Source of the DNA: Octopus bimaculoides | Taxonomy: Eukaryota | Length of the DNA: 60,817 bases | Direction: 5' to 3' | Assembly (NCBI RefSeq): GCF_001194135.2 | Contig: NC_068994.1 | Location: 57,573,722 to 57,634,538, forward strand | Shown here: piece by piece, positions 23,187 to 34,926 of the stretch | Layout of the letters: each line of letters starts with the position of its first letter | Numbering within the stretch: position 1 is the stretch's first letter | Position numbers and translations under genes: made by a program | Notes under the pieces: generated by a model | What the model saw: only the letters and a program-made list of their open reading frames with translations | What the model was told of the DNA's origin: nothing | Databases searched by the model: none

Positions 23187-23490
23187 GCATACATAAATAC
23201 ACACATATATATGTGTACATATACATGCATGTACATTGAAACAAATATATGCGCATGCGCGTGTGCGAGTGGAGCATTGTTAACACTACATCGCAAAGGA
23301 TCCAGAGTTCTGGTCAGTATTTACGCTGACCCTCAATAAATTTGGAGTAAGAACCACATTGAAGTACTGTAATTATCTCTGGGACGACGTTGGTTGCTTC
23401 GTACAATGACATTCTAGACCATATTCCAAAAGAAGAAACCTTCTCACTATGAGCACGAGAACTGTTGATTAATCCTTGGGCTCCCCTCTA

Positions 23491-23530
<40 letters not shown>

Positions 23531-24537
23531 ATACTACTACTAGCTCGACAATTATTCTTCTGAATTAGTTGGCTGCATAACATAATCCTTCCTTTTCGGC
23601 CAGTGATATCCAATGATATCCGCTAAACCCAAATATGTGACGTCTCGTGTGTTCAAGAGATTCCGGTGAATTTCAAAAACGGAAAATCGTCCACAGCATC
23701 ATGTTATAAAAAATCCTGTCTGTAGACATTTATACAGGCAAGGGGCGCTTCAATAAAAACTCTGCGCACGGGTATTACTCCTAAGAGCTGTGACGTTCTG
23801 GAGTGAACCCCGACCAATCAATGACCAAATTGAATGCGAACCAAATCGATTTCTTTAGTTTGGAAGAAACTGTAAAAGACATACGTTCTGACTCTCTTCT
23901 TTTGTCTAACCTAAGCATAAACAAAGAAGAATGAAATTAAGCTTAATGCGCATCGCCCTGCCCTCGTTCTTCATCCTACGCCCGACCTTCACACCTGACT
24001 ACGCAGGATTTACGTGTTTATAAAGTTCGCTTTGCAATTAGGAGGTCTTGAGTTCGATCCCATGTGTGGTATTTTGGACAAGCCTCGAATAATGAAAGAT
24101 TTCACTTCGTTTTTAGTCTCAGTGTATTTTGATTAAAGATGGCTCAAATAGTTCTAATTATCAACAAACGAGAGGAAATTAAATGAAATAAAGAGTTTGT
24201 TTGTTTTGTTTGCTTGTTTTGGTTATTCTTCTTGAACCAAATTACGGGCGAAAGTATTCATTTATTGTCTACATTGACCTCTAACATAGACTCAAGACTG
24301 AAAATTTGGGAGACGGGTGCCTGCAATCGATTAAATCGATCTAGTGATTGACTTGGTCTTTGAAGAAGTATCGTGGTGTTGGGGATTTGTATTACTTTCG
24401 TGGTATTTTAGTCCTTTTTATACTTTATCATCTCATATTTTCATTATATCAATATATTATAACCTTTAAATGTAAATTCACTGTGGTTTATGTATCACAT
24501 CGATATTTATCTATAGATAGATAGATATGTATATTGG

Positions 24538-24617
<80 letters not shown>

Positions 24618-24914
24618 CATGCGCACGCACATTTCTAGAAAATAATTGTATCTTTAACGTGAAAGCCATGTCTGGTTCGACAAGTCATATCACACTGACA
24701 AATCTATCACTGGGTTACGAAATGATTTGGAAATAGCGAAAAGAATGAAGGCAATTTTTCTCTAACATCTCCGACCTTTCGTCATTCCAGTGTCGTTAGG
24801 ATAAAAAGAAAAACCAGTCAAGTACTTGTTCGATTTAATTACTAAGTTACCACCCACAACTTTATAGCATTCTGTCTGTTATAAAGTTATTTTCCACTAT
24901 TTCATGGCTACACG

Positions 24915-25252
24915 CAGTGGCGGACTGGATCTAAAAAATAGGAGACTAAGGGAGCCCACCCGCAACTACAAAGGGGCCCACCCACACTACAAGGGGGCCC
25001 ACCCACAACTACAAGGGGGCCCCTGCAACTACAATGCTATAATTTATTATTATTTTTTTCAAGTATTCTTTTCAACTGCCTATAAACACAGCCAGATTGA
25101 AATAATGCATTCTTCCAGGAGTGAATAAAAAATTCTCAAACTTGAGGGGATGGGCCCCTTAGATACTGACATGGGTCACCCTATATGGATTCTAATGACA
25201 CAGGGGTCCATTTGCCATCGGGCAACCTGGCAACCTGGCCAGTCCTCCACTG
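24915..25252. mobile_element. hAT-type MITE with 14-bp TIRs and a perfect 8-bp TSD
   Basis: TIRs CAGTGGCGGACTGG and CCAGTCCTCCACTG (13/14 match); TSD GCTACACG at 24907-24914 and 25253-25260; subterminal repeats cccacccacaactacaagggggc. Confidence 0.9.
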
Positions 25253-25969
25253 GCTACACGGATCATAATTTCGTGGCTTGTGCAATCAACTTATAACAGA
25301 CAATGTACAAGGACATGGATGCTGGAAGCTGAACGTATCTTTTTCTGATCAGATGATTTTAAGGGCAGGATTAGCAAACTAATGAAGCTGGAATTTACAG
25401 GAACCTACATCAGCAAAATGTAAGAATACAAGAATAAAGAAGATGCTTTTGAGCTGTTTAAAAGAGGTTTATAGACGGGGTTTGCATACAATGTAGGCGA
25501 AGGATGTGTTGTTTGTGCTAAGACGAGAGCGCTAAACCACGACGACAGGAAGACCGTTCGATGGCTCCGATGGTGAAAGCGCAGCGTGGAAAACAAGGCC
25601 ATAATCTAGTCTACGACGGACTGCAGTGCGATTTTTTTTACCACCCGTAGTACTTTAAACTAAATATTAAAAAAGAGCAAATTTTAACCTGCTATGCATA
25701 TTCAAATGTTTTCCTTTTGGAATTTCAGACCGAACAACTTCCTACCTCCCCATTGAATAGTTGATAACAACAGTCTTCAACGAGTCACACCGCTACCTTC
25801 GCTCACACCACTACCACAGCACTTATTTCTGGTCTTTTGTTTCTCAAATCTGGTCAAACGCAAACGTAGTGCGAATATAATCACAGTTTATCTCATCATG
25901 CGTGTGGGAGTATGTTGAGAAATATCCAGACCTAAGCACTTATCATCGTCATCATCATCATCATCATCA

Positions 25970-26021
<52 letters not shown>

Positions 26022-26040
26022 CATTATTTATTATTATTAT

Positions 26041-26555
26041 TAAAGCGGTGAGCTGGAGAGTCGTTAGCATAGCGGTATTTCGTCTGCTGCTACGTTCTGA
26101 GTTCAAATTCCGACCGCTGAGGTCAGCTTTACCTTTCGTCCTTGTTAATATCGTGGAAGAGTCATTTAAACTACTGTACAGCATACGCACATTTCGTTTG
26201 TCTCTTGATTATAGTTTCAAACTTTGACACAAAGCCAGCAATTTCCAGGAGGGGAAACAAGTTGACTTCATTGACTCCGTTACTGTAACTTTACTTTATT
26301 GACCCCAGAATCATACCGTCACATTTTTCCTCTCTAAATAACGGTTTCAAATTTTGGTCCTACGCCAGCGACTTCGGGGTAAGGGGTAAATCGAGTACAT
26401 CACCCTTAGTGGCCTAATGGTACTCATTTTATCAACCCCAAAAGGGGGAAAAGCAAAAACGATTTCAGTTGGAATTTGAACTCAGAATGTAAAAACGACG
26501 GATGAAACCCTGCTAAGCACTTTTTTTTCCAGCGTGCTAACGATTCTGCCAGCGA
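26041..26555. mobile_element. SINE family A pair: plus-strand 5' half (26041-26150) and diverged minus-strand copies (26205-26555)
   Basis: aaagcggtgagctggagagtcgttagc directly after (ATT)n; ggaatttgaactcagaa..gcgtgctaacgattctgccag on the opposite strand. Confidence 0.7.
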
Positions 26556-26922
26556 GCTAGCTTTTTATTTTGTTTGTTTCTAAACAATGCCACCTATTCT
26601 GAAGCGTCAAAAAATGTCCACACCGCGTGCACTACTTGTCTGATCAACCGGTTGGCTTCTAGTTTAGATTTCAGACGGCCATTATCACAACCCCCATGCA
26701 GGGTCACTGTGACAAATTCACTGTCAGAGAGGAATTGGTCTCTGAGTTATGGATACAGTCCATTTGACAGGCTTCTTCACAGTTTCCGCCAACACAAATC
26801 CAGTCACAAAACTCGGATAGAACTCGGGCTTTGGTAAAAGGCATCAACCAATTCATTCATGCGTTCAGTTATTAATTTCTTCTTTTCTTTATTCTTTATC
26901 TTATTTTTCTTTCATTCATTCA

Positions 26923-26923
26923 C

Positions 26924-26985
<62 letters not shown>

Positions 26986-27105
26986 GAAGAAGAAGAAGAA
27001 GAAGAAGAAGAAGAAGAAGAAGAAGAAGAAGAAGAAGAAGAAGAAGAAGAAGAAGAAGAAGAAGAAGAAGAAGAAGAAGAAGAAGAAAAAGAAGAAGAAG
27101 AAGAA
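26923..27105. repeat. Compound (ATT)n(AGA)n microsatellite
   Basis: Directly visible; source of the spurious poly-I/R and poly-L ORFs. Confidence 0.95.
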
Positions 27106-27711
27106 ACACTGCTTAGGTGTCTGGGGTTTTTTTTTTTTTGTTTTTAATTTTAATTTTTTTTTTTAATTTATTTTATTTTTACTCTGAAATCTCTGATTTT
27201 GTTTCCGTCGTTTCGAACGGAGGAGGAATATATTAAGTGACGCTTCCCAAGCAACATTTTAAACAAGACATTAGAAGTTTTTTAAGCTTTTCTATCGGGG
27301 GTGGCGGACGGGAGAACGCACCGTAGCAGTGTATTGTTTGAGGAGTTTTAACAACCCGCCTTCCCACATTCACGTATTCACATACACACACATACACACA
27401 CACATACTCTCACACAGATCATTGAGAAAAACTGTCAATGGCGAATTATGATCATGCTATTGTTGAAGGTCAATGTGTAAGTGTGGCAAACATAAACACA
27501 ATGTTATTTTAGTAATATAGATTTGTCATTGTAGACTAGCGTTGAAAATGTGACTATATAAATTTTAAATATGTTATTATTAGTGTTGTAGTTGTTGCTT
27601 TAACGGCATAAAGTTAAAATGGAACCTGTACACAATAAAATGTTTACGACTTGTTTAAAAATTCCGTTTAGATTTAAGGCTGATTAGTTTAGTATTACGT
27701 TATCTGTAGTA

Positions 27712-28142
27712 ATCCTTTCTACTAAAGGCACAACGCCTGAAATTTTGAGGGAAGGGACTAGTCGATTAAATCGACCCCAGTGTTTCACTGGTATTTAATT
27801 CATCGACCCCGAAAGGATGAAAAGCAAAGTCGACCTCGGCAGAATTTGAACTCAGAACGCAGCGGCAGATGAAATACCGCTAAGCATTTCGTCCGGCGTG
27901 CTAACCATTCTTATTTCTTTACTACCCACAAGGGGCTACACACAGAGGGGACAAACAAGGACAGAAAACGGATTAAGTCATTTATATCGACGCCAGTACG
28001 TAACTGGTACTTATTTAATCGACCCCGAAACGATGAAAGGCAAAGTCGACCTCGGCGGAATTTGAACTCAGAACGCAGCGGCAGACGAAATACGCTAAAT
28101 ATTTCGCCCGGCGTGCTAACGTTTCTGCCAGCTCGCCGCTTC
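27712..28142 (-). mobile_element. Two fused SINE family A copies (tail type 1 joined to a 5'-truncated tail type 2 copy)
   Basis: Two B-box regions (27845 and 28060); junction ...aaagaaata|AGAATGGTTAG at about 27911. Confidence 0.85.
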
Positions 28143-28339
28143 ACCGTTTTCTGTAATAATGACAGTTTCTTCGTAACCGAAGATCATGAGGAACGACGAT
28201 AGCACGCCCTCCAGTTACTATGGAAACCGATCCTTTATACTGCAAGGTCTTTCTTCCTGTTCCGCTTTGTAGCTTTAGAGAGAGTCAGTCCATGCAATCG
28301 GACCCAGCTTTTTAGACTTGGAGGTCTGACTGCAATGGC

Positions 28340-28480
28340 TTAATGGACTTAGACGATTGCAGTGACCAGCAGGAAGTAGGTTTTACATTGGAGTGGCCTT
28401 CTCCTACGTGAACTTCTTTACAAAGCTGGAGAGCTCCATCTACTCTCGAGTTGACGACGGGGTATCAAATATGGCACCAG
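28340..28480 (-). mobile_element. Possible RTE-type 5' UTR segment
   Basis: The minus strand gagtagatggagctctccagctttgtaaagaagttcacgtaggagaaggcc resembles the gtagatggagctcgtcagcc..ggcaa.ccatctaggagaagg motif recalled from RTE 5' regions. Confidence 0.4.
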
Positions 28481-29791
28481 ACTACCTAAGTGACTCCACT
28501 CCTCATTTGCGGTCGAAGTTGTGTCCTCCAGCATTTTCCTTTCTCAAGGCACTAACAAGACACTGTGGTTTTGTACTTGGAATTTCTTCCATAATGTTCT
28601 AATTTGGAAAAGACAAAGCAGTGGTGATCTGAGCAACCCAACGTAGACGGAAGTAATTGGGTGGGGCAAGTATACTGAAATACTATTGCAAAACTTATAT
28701 AAAGTTAACGGATTTTGCCAGGGAACAAGAATTCGAATAACCTATTTATGAGCTCAAGAATTAAGGCAGCCAATTAGCAGCGTCTTGAGATCGCCAACTA
28801 TATTCCTTTGCGTTAATCATTCCAACTCTCTGAGTGCCAATCTGATAAAGGTCAATTTTTGCCTTTGAAGCCCTGGCTGCTGGTAAATGAAGTACATATC
28901 GTGTCCTTGAATCGATTCTTCTCTAACTGTTTTTTTTTTGTTTTTTGTTTTTTTGCATGTCTGTTTCTTTCATCTCAGGAAGAAATCGATCATGTCCCGT
29001 CCCCCCAGATGGTAAGATTGGGCTCCGCTGCCTCTAAATAGATAAGTCCAAGATATACCCATCTGTCACAGCAGCATCCCTAAGATTCCGTCAAAGATTT
29101 AAGTGCCCGTGGCATTATTGAAAAATCATTATTACAAAATGGTGAAAGCACCGAACCGGCAGAATCGTGAGAACATCGGATCGGTTTTTCATGTTCTGAG
29201 TTCAAATTGCACCGAGATCAATTTTGCCGNNNNNNNNNNNNNNNNNNNNNNNNNNNNNNNNNNNNNNNNNNNNNNNNNNNNNNNNNNNNNNNNNNNNNNN
29301 NNNNNNNNNNNNNNNNNNNNNNNNNNNNNNNNNNNNNNNNNNNNNNNNNNNNNNNNNNNNNNNNNNNNNNNNNNNNNNNNNNNNNNNNNNNNNNNNNNNN
29401 NNNNNNNNNNNNNNNNNNNNNNNNNNNNNNNNNNNNNNNNNNNNNNNNNNNNNNNNNNNNNNNNNNNNNNNNNNNNNNNNNNNNNNNNNNNNNNNNNNNN
29501 NNNNNNNNNNNNNNNNNNNNNNNNNNNNNNNNNNNNNNNNNNNNNNNNNNNNNNNNNNNNNNNNNNNNNNNNNNNNNNNNNNNNNNNNNNNNNNNNNNNN
29601 NNNNNNNNNNNNNNNNNNNNNNNNNNNNNNNNNNNNNNNNNNNNNNNNNNNNNNNNNNNNNNNNNNNNNNNNNNNNNNNNNNNNNNNNNNNNNNNNNNNN
29701 NNNNNNNNNNNNNNNNNNNNNNNNNNNNNNNNNNNNNNNNNNNNNNNNNNNNNNNNNNNNNNNNNNNNNNNNNNNNNNNNNNNNNNNNNNN

Positions 29792-30030
29792 TGTGTGTGT
29801 ATCTTTGTGCTTCTCCCCACCCACCGCTTGACAACCGGTGTTGGCGTTTTTGCGTCCCCGCAACCTAGGAGTTCAGCAAAAGAGACCGATGAAATAAGTA
29901 CCAGTCTTATATAAAATATGTGCCGGGGTCGATTCCTTCGACTAAGAATTCTTCAAAGCAGTGCCACAGCATGGCCGCAGTCTAATGACTGAAACAAGTA
30001 AAAGATAAAAGATAAGAGATAAGAGATATA
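29792..30030 (+). mobile_element. SINE family C 3' half (after a gap)
   Basis: gcttgacaaccggtgttgg..ccccgcaacctag..gaccgatgaaataagtac..catggccgcagtctaatgactgaaacaagtaaaagataaaagat. Confidence 0.8.
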
Positions 30031-30489
30031 TATATGTTTGTATATATTTCGAGTTAAGGCCTCTTTCTAATAAACGCTACCTGTCCCACGTGCGTTACTT
30101 TACATCTGGCTCAGGCTGGTTTATAGCCAAACCAAGAGGATATTGCTGTGAACTTGACATTTTGCTATACAAGTTGCACAACAAACGATGTCATATTTGG
30201 ACTGTGACAAGGCTAACGTTAATATAATCGAACAAAACATTGTGCAGTGTGATCGCCATCCTCACCCCCAGCCCCAGCGCCAGACAGAGAGAGTGGGAGA
30301 GAGGGGGAGGGAGTGAGAGAGAGAGACATAAAAAAAAACCACTTGATACTTGTTTAAAGTGTTGGCGGGAAAGTAATAAACTTTTATTTTTCTCGTATGT
30401 AAACAACAATGGAAATTGGAGGTTAGTGAGTCGACGTGCAACAGACGCCTAAGGACGGTTTTCTGGTTATTGTAAGTGAGTGAATGAGG

Positions 30490-30595
30490 GAACGAACGAA
30501 CAAACGAACGAACGAACGAACGAACAAACGAACGAACGAACGAACGAACGAACGAACGAACGAACGAACGAACGAACGAACGAAAGAAACAAACA
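30490..30595. repeat. (GAAC)n tetranucleotide microsatellite
   Basis: Directly visible. Confidence 0.95.
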
Positions 30596-31689
30596 AAGAA
30601 ATGAAGAAAAACTAAATAAAGGGATAGCTTCGACGAAAGCTTATGATCCAGTCAAACATCGAGATCGAGATTGTGAAGATGGAAACTGTGCTGAAGCTCA
30701 TCGGATGGACAGAAGCGATGGTTCAAAGACTCAGTCTTGTCACACGCTGTCACACTCAGTCTAATCCCAGATTGTATTAAGGGTGAATGTTTTTGTGAAT
30801 TACTCAAGTACATTATGATATATGAAGGGACAGAAACAGTGAAAGTCTACCTGAAAATTACATTAAGGGTACACGTTAAGGATACCCAGCAATTTATACC
30901 TAATTCGAGGAAAGGGAATTTCAGTTAATCGAACAATCGGAGTACTTATTGTATAAATCAGATCATTGATCGATTTCCTTTGTGTCAGCGTGCGCGTGCA
31001 CTTCTGATTGGAGATACTTGCTAAGGAATAAAAACATACCGTACTTCTTAACGGATCAATTGGTATGCGTTAAACGGTAAGTGCAAGGGTTGAGCATAGA
31101 AATCAAATACGTGCAAGTACGTGCAAATTCGCCTCCCTACAAAGGAGAGTTCACGACAGAAACAATTTAGTTTTAAAGCTATAAACTTTAGACATCTTAG
31201 CTAAGAGATGATATTTAGATTTCCACATTAACTGATCGACGGCAGTTTGGTTAATGACATTTCCTTGATGGCATTAGTGATATTTGATTGCTGGTTATTG
31301 ATTGATGCCATCGACTGACAGTATTTGATCTATAAAGTCTGACTGATGGCATTTGAATAATGTCTTATAACACAAAGCCGAGATCTTTTTAGCTCTTTTC
31401 AAAATGTCGCACAATTGGTTGCTTATGGTTGTGTATTGAATCTAATAACGACCAGCTCCTCTTTCATTTGTGCATCTCTTGACGGCTGCACATCATAGGA
31501 TGCACGAATGAGTCCCATCATGTCCAGTCATCAAAGGATCCATTTGCATGTTTCTGTGCACGTGCGCGCGTGTGTGCGTGTATGCGTTTATATTCTAGAA
31601 ATATTCGTATTGTACATTTGTGTGAATGTGATGATGGTCTTCGTTCCATAAAAACCTTACCATACAAATTCGTCACAAAATAACTCCGT

Positions 31690-31912
31690 ATGAATGTTTG
31701 TGCGTTTGTATGTATGCACGTATATATACATGTATGTATATATGTATATGTATAAATATATGCATGTTTGTATGCATATATGTGCACGTATGTATGTATA
31801 TATGCATGTATGTATACATGTATGTATATATATGCATATATGTATATATGTATATGTATGTATATAAGTGCATGTACACATATATATATATTCATGTATG
31901 TATATATGTGCA

Positions 31913-31966
<54 letters not shown>

Positions 31967-32090
31967 TGTATGTATATACGTGCATGCATGTATATATGTA
32001 CATGTATGTATTTATGTACATGTATGTATATATGTACATATTTGTATGTATGTGAATATATGCGTGCATGTATACATGTATGCATAGTTG
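31690..32090. repeat. Degenerate (TA)/(TG)/(ATGT) microsatellite field
   Basis: Directly visible; similar fields at 22800-23260, 41990-42230 and elsewhere produce the Y/I/H/T-rich spurious ORFs. Confidence 0.9.
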
Positions 32091-32763
32091 CATGCAGTGG
32101 GTGTATGTTGTGCGTATTTACAATTATAGTCTAATGGTTTATATAGTCTCATTGACTTTGTTCGAAGGAATCGGTTGCGCCCAAGAATTGCACAGACCCT
32201 CTGAGACCGATGCAATAGAAAAAAGTTAACAGTCCTATTGAAAAGTTGCAAGTAAACGGAGGAATTCTAGAAAACCGATGTTCTGAGAATGATGGACAAC
32301 AGAAAGTGCTTCTTCCAGAGGTTATGGCGGGAAACACAATATTGATAACGAGGAGAAGGGAGATGAGTTAATGAAAGAGGTCTCGTTGAAAATGGACCAA
32401 TAATGGCCGTCTCCACTGTAGTGCAGTAGTAGAGCCTAAGAGAAGACACAGCGATTCTGTGGGGCAAAGATTGAAGAATATTGCTAAGCGACTTTAAGTC
32501 AGTCAGGTAAATGTCATTCTTTGGATAATGGTCTAGGATGATTGTTGTTTTGCAACGAACCCGTCTCAGATGTAAGAATAGACAGTACTCCATTACGAAT
32601 CTTACCGGAATTTTGCAAAAGGTAAGTATTTAACCAACCACAAACACACACACACACACATCAATAAATTATAAAATGCTGTCAAAAGCGTATAAAGTAG
32701 TTTCCAAAATTATACTTTTTCGACAGATGAAGAGATAAGAATATAGAACAAGACAATACTTAC

Positions 32764-33330
32764 TTTCGCTCCGTGTGAAGACCTAGGGTTAGAAAGAAAA
32801 TTCCAAATCGCTGCTCTGAATCTTCCAAATTTCATTTCAGCAATTTTTTTCTCTGTATATTGGTTAAATGTTCTGGTCTGGGCTTCTTCCAGTTGTTTTA
32901 ATGCGTCGTAAGTGCTATTCCAGGAGTCAAAAGTGCTCCAACAGCATTTTTCGATACGGCTTTCGTCGATTCCCCAAAACTCCAGCTCTTGCCGTGCCAC
33001 TTTACCACAGACATTCACTGGAATATGTAACACACCGGTTCGTTGATATTCCAACACTGATGAAAAAAGTGAAGGATCGCGGTCAAAGAAGTAATCGTTT
33101 GGTGTCACTCGGTAGAATTGAGTGAGAAACTCTTCGTTGGACAAATTGCTCAGATTTTTCCGGTATAAATTTGAACGATACGTTTCGAAGATAGTTCCAC
33201 GAATATTGAAGACAACAGTCGGTGCTTCTGGATCAGAAGCTGCAGACACTTCAAATGTCTTCGGATCATACTTAGTTCCAGGAATCAAAGCAGCAAGTGC
33301 GGGTCTTTTGAGTCCTTTCGTTGCCGGCAT
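32764..33330 (-). CDS. Shaw: Shaw/Kv3-like voltage-gated potassium channel, coding exon 1 (N-terminus and T1/BTB tetramerisation domain, aa 1-189)
   Basis: The ORF contains T1 motifs VVFNIRG..FETY, YFFDRDP, RTGVLHIPVNVCG and ELEFWG...EKCCW, including HX5CX20CC. The ATG is in a gccATG context with an in-frame TGA six codons upstream. Homology ends at NPRSSHGAK, followed by the donor AAA|GTAAGT (intron starts at 32763, phase 0). The symbol is a family-level assignment only. Confidence 0.93.
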
Positions 33331-33895
33331 GGCTTCTGAATCACTTCACGAAGAAAATATCAAATTTTTATAATTATATTCAAAGTATATCTATTGTCAT
33401 ACAACTATATTTATAATATATTTACAATAATATTATAATTATATTTATAACATATCAAAACTAGTTACTGGGAGAAATACTAACGAATTAAACTTAATAC
33501 AAAGTAAATATTACATATAGATATAGATATAGATATATAGATATAAATGTATAGGTATATAGATATAGATATATATAGATAAATATGTATAAATATATTT
33601 ATATCTGTATATTTATATATATATGAAATTGTTAATGACAGTATCGGCAAGGTATATGTCGGAAGAAGAATAAAAGGAAAGACGTGTTTATCGGCATGTG
33701 TTTTTTGTTTTTGTTGCTTTGTTGTTAGTCCTTTTTATAGGTTATAACAAACAGTCGAGGGAAGACGTTTGAAAATGATATGCAACTTGCTATTACGAGG
33801 TAAGTTTATAAGTAGTTTGTCCAGGCAAACCGACCAATCCCACCGCATTCCTGTGTAGGATGTTAAGTGACAGCAGCAGCAGCAGCAGCAGCGAC

Positions 33896-33943
<48 letters not shown>

Positions 33944-34895
33944 NNNNNNNNNNNNNNNNNNNNNNNNNNNNNNNNNNNNNNNNNNNNNNNNNNNNNNNNN
34001 NNNNNNNNNNNNNNNNNNNNNNNNNNNNNNNNNNNNNNNNNNNNNNNNNNNNNNNNNNNNNNNNNNNNNNNNNNNNNNNNNNNNNNNNNNNNNNNNNNNN
34101 NNNNNNNNNNNNNNNNNNNNNNNNNNNNNNNNNNNNNNNNNNNNNNNNNNNNNNNNNNNNNNNNNNNNNNNNNNNNNNNNNNNNNNNNNNNNNNNNNNNN
34201 NNNNNNNNNNNNNNNNNNNNNNNNNNNNNNNNNNNNNNNNNNNNNNNNNNNNNNNNNNNNNNNNNNNNNNNNNNNNNNNNNNNNNNNNNNNNNNNNNNNN
34301 NNNNNNNNNNNNNNNNNNNNNNNNNNNNNNNNNNNNNNNNNNNNNNNNNNNNNNNNNNNNNNNNNNNNNNNNNNNNNNNNNNNNNNNNNNNNNNNNNNNN
34401 NNNNNNNNNNNNNNNNNNNNNNNNNNNNNNNNNNNNNNNNNNNNNNNNNNNNNNNNNNNNNNNNNNNNNNNNNNNNNNNNNNNNNNNNNNNNNNNNNNNN
34501 NNNNNNNNNNNNNNNNNNNNNNNNNNNNNNNNNNNNNNNNNNNNNNNNNNNNNNNNNNNNNNNNNNNNNNNNNNNNNNNNNNNNNNNNNNNNNNNNNNNN
34601 NNNNNNNNNNNNNNNNNNNNNNNNNNNNNNNNNNNNNNNNNNNNNNNNNNNNNNNNNNNNNNNNNNNNNNNNNNNNNNNNNNNNNNNNNNNNNNNNNNNN
34701 NNNNNNNNNNNNNNNNNNNNNNNNNNNNNNNNNNNNNNNNNNNNNNNNNNNNNNNNNNNNNNNNNNNNNNNNNNNNNNNNNNNNNNNNNNNNNNNNNNNN
34801 NNNNNNNNNNNNNNNNNNNNNNNNNNNNNNNNNNNNNNNNNNNNNNNNNNNNNNNNNNNNNNNNNNNNNNNNNNNNNNNNNNNNNNNNNNNNNNN

Positions 34896-34926
<31 letters not shown>

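Larger units (their letters stand above)
3405..32763 (-). other. Single coding-region intron of the Shaw-like gene (29,359 nt, phase 0)
   Basis: GTAAGT donor at 32763-32758, and a pyrimidine tract plus CAG acceptor at 3407-3405. Contains N-gaps, so alternative exons inside the gaps cannot be excluded. Confidence 0.85.

Noticed and set aside
30600-30764. STKAYDPVKH resembling the RT motif KAYDSV.H
   Set aside because: An isolated short match; the surrounding frames show no other RT motifs.
33331-33400. Possible acceptor ATTCAG|AAGCC just before the Kv ATG (upstream non-coding exon)
   Set aside because: The pyrimidine tract is interrupted and no upstream exon can be identified; needs 5' RACE.
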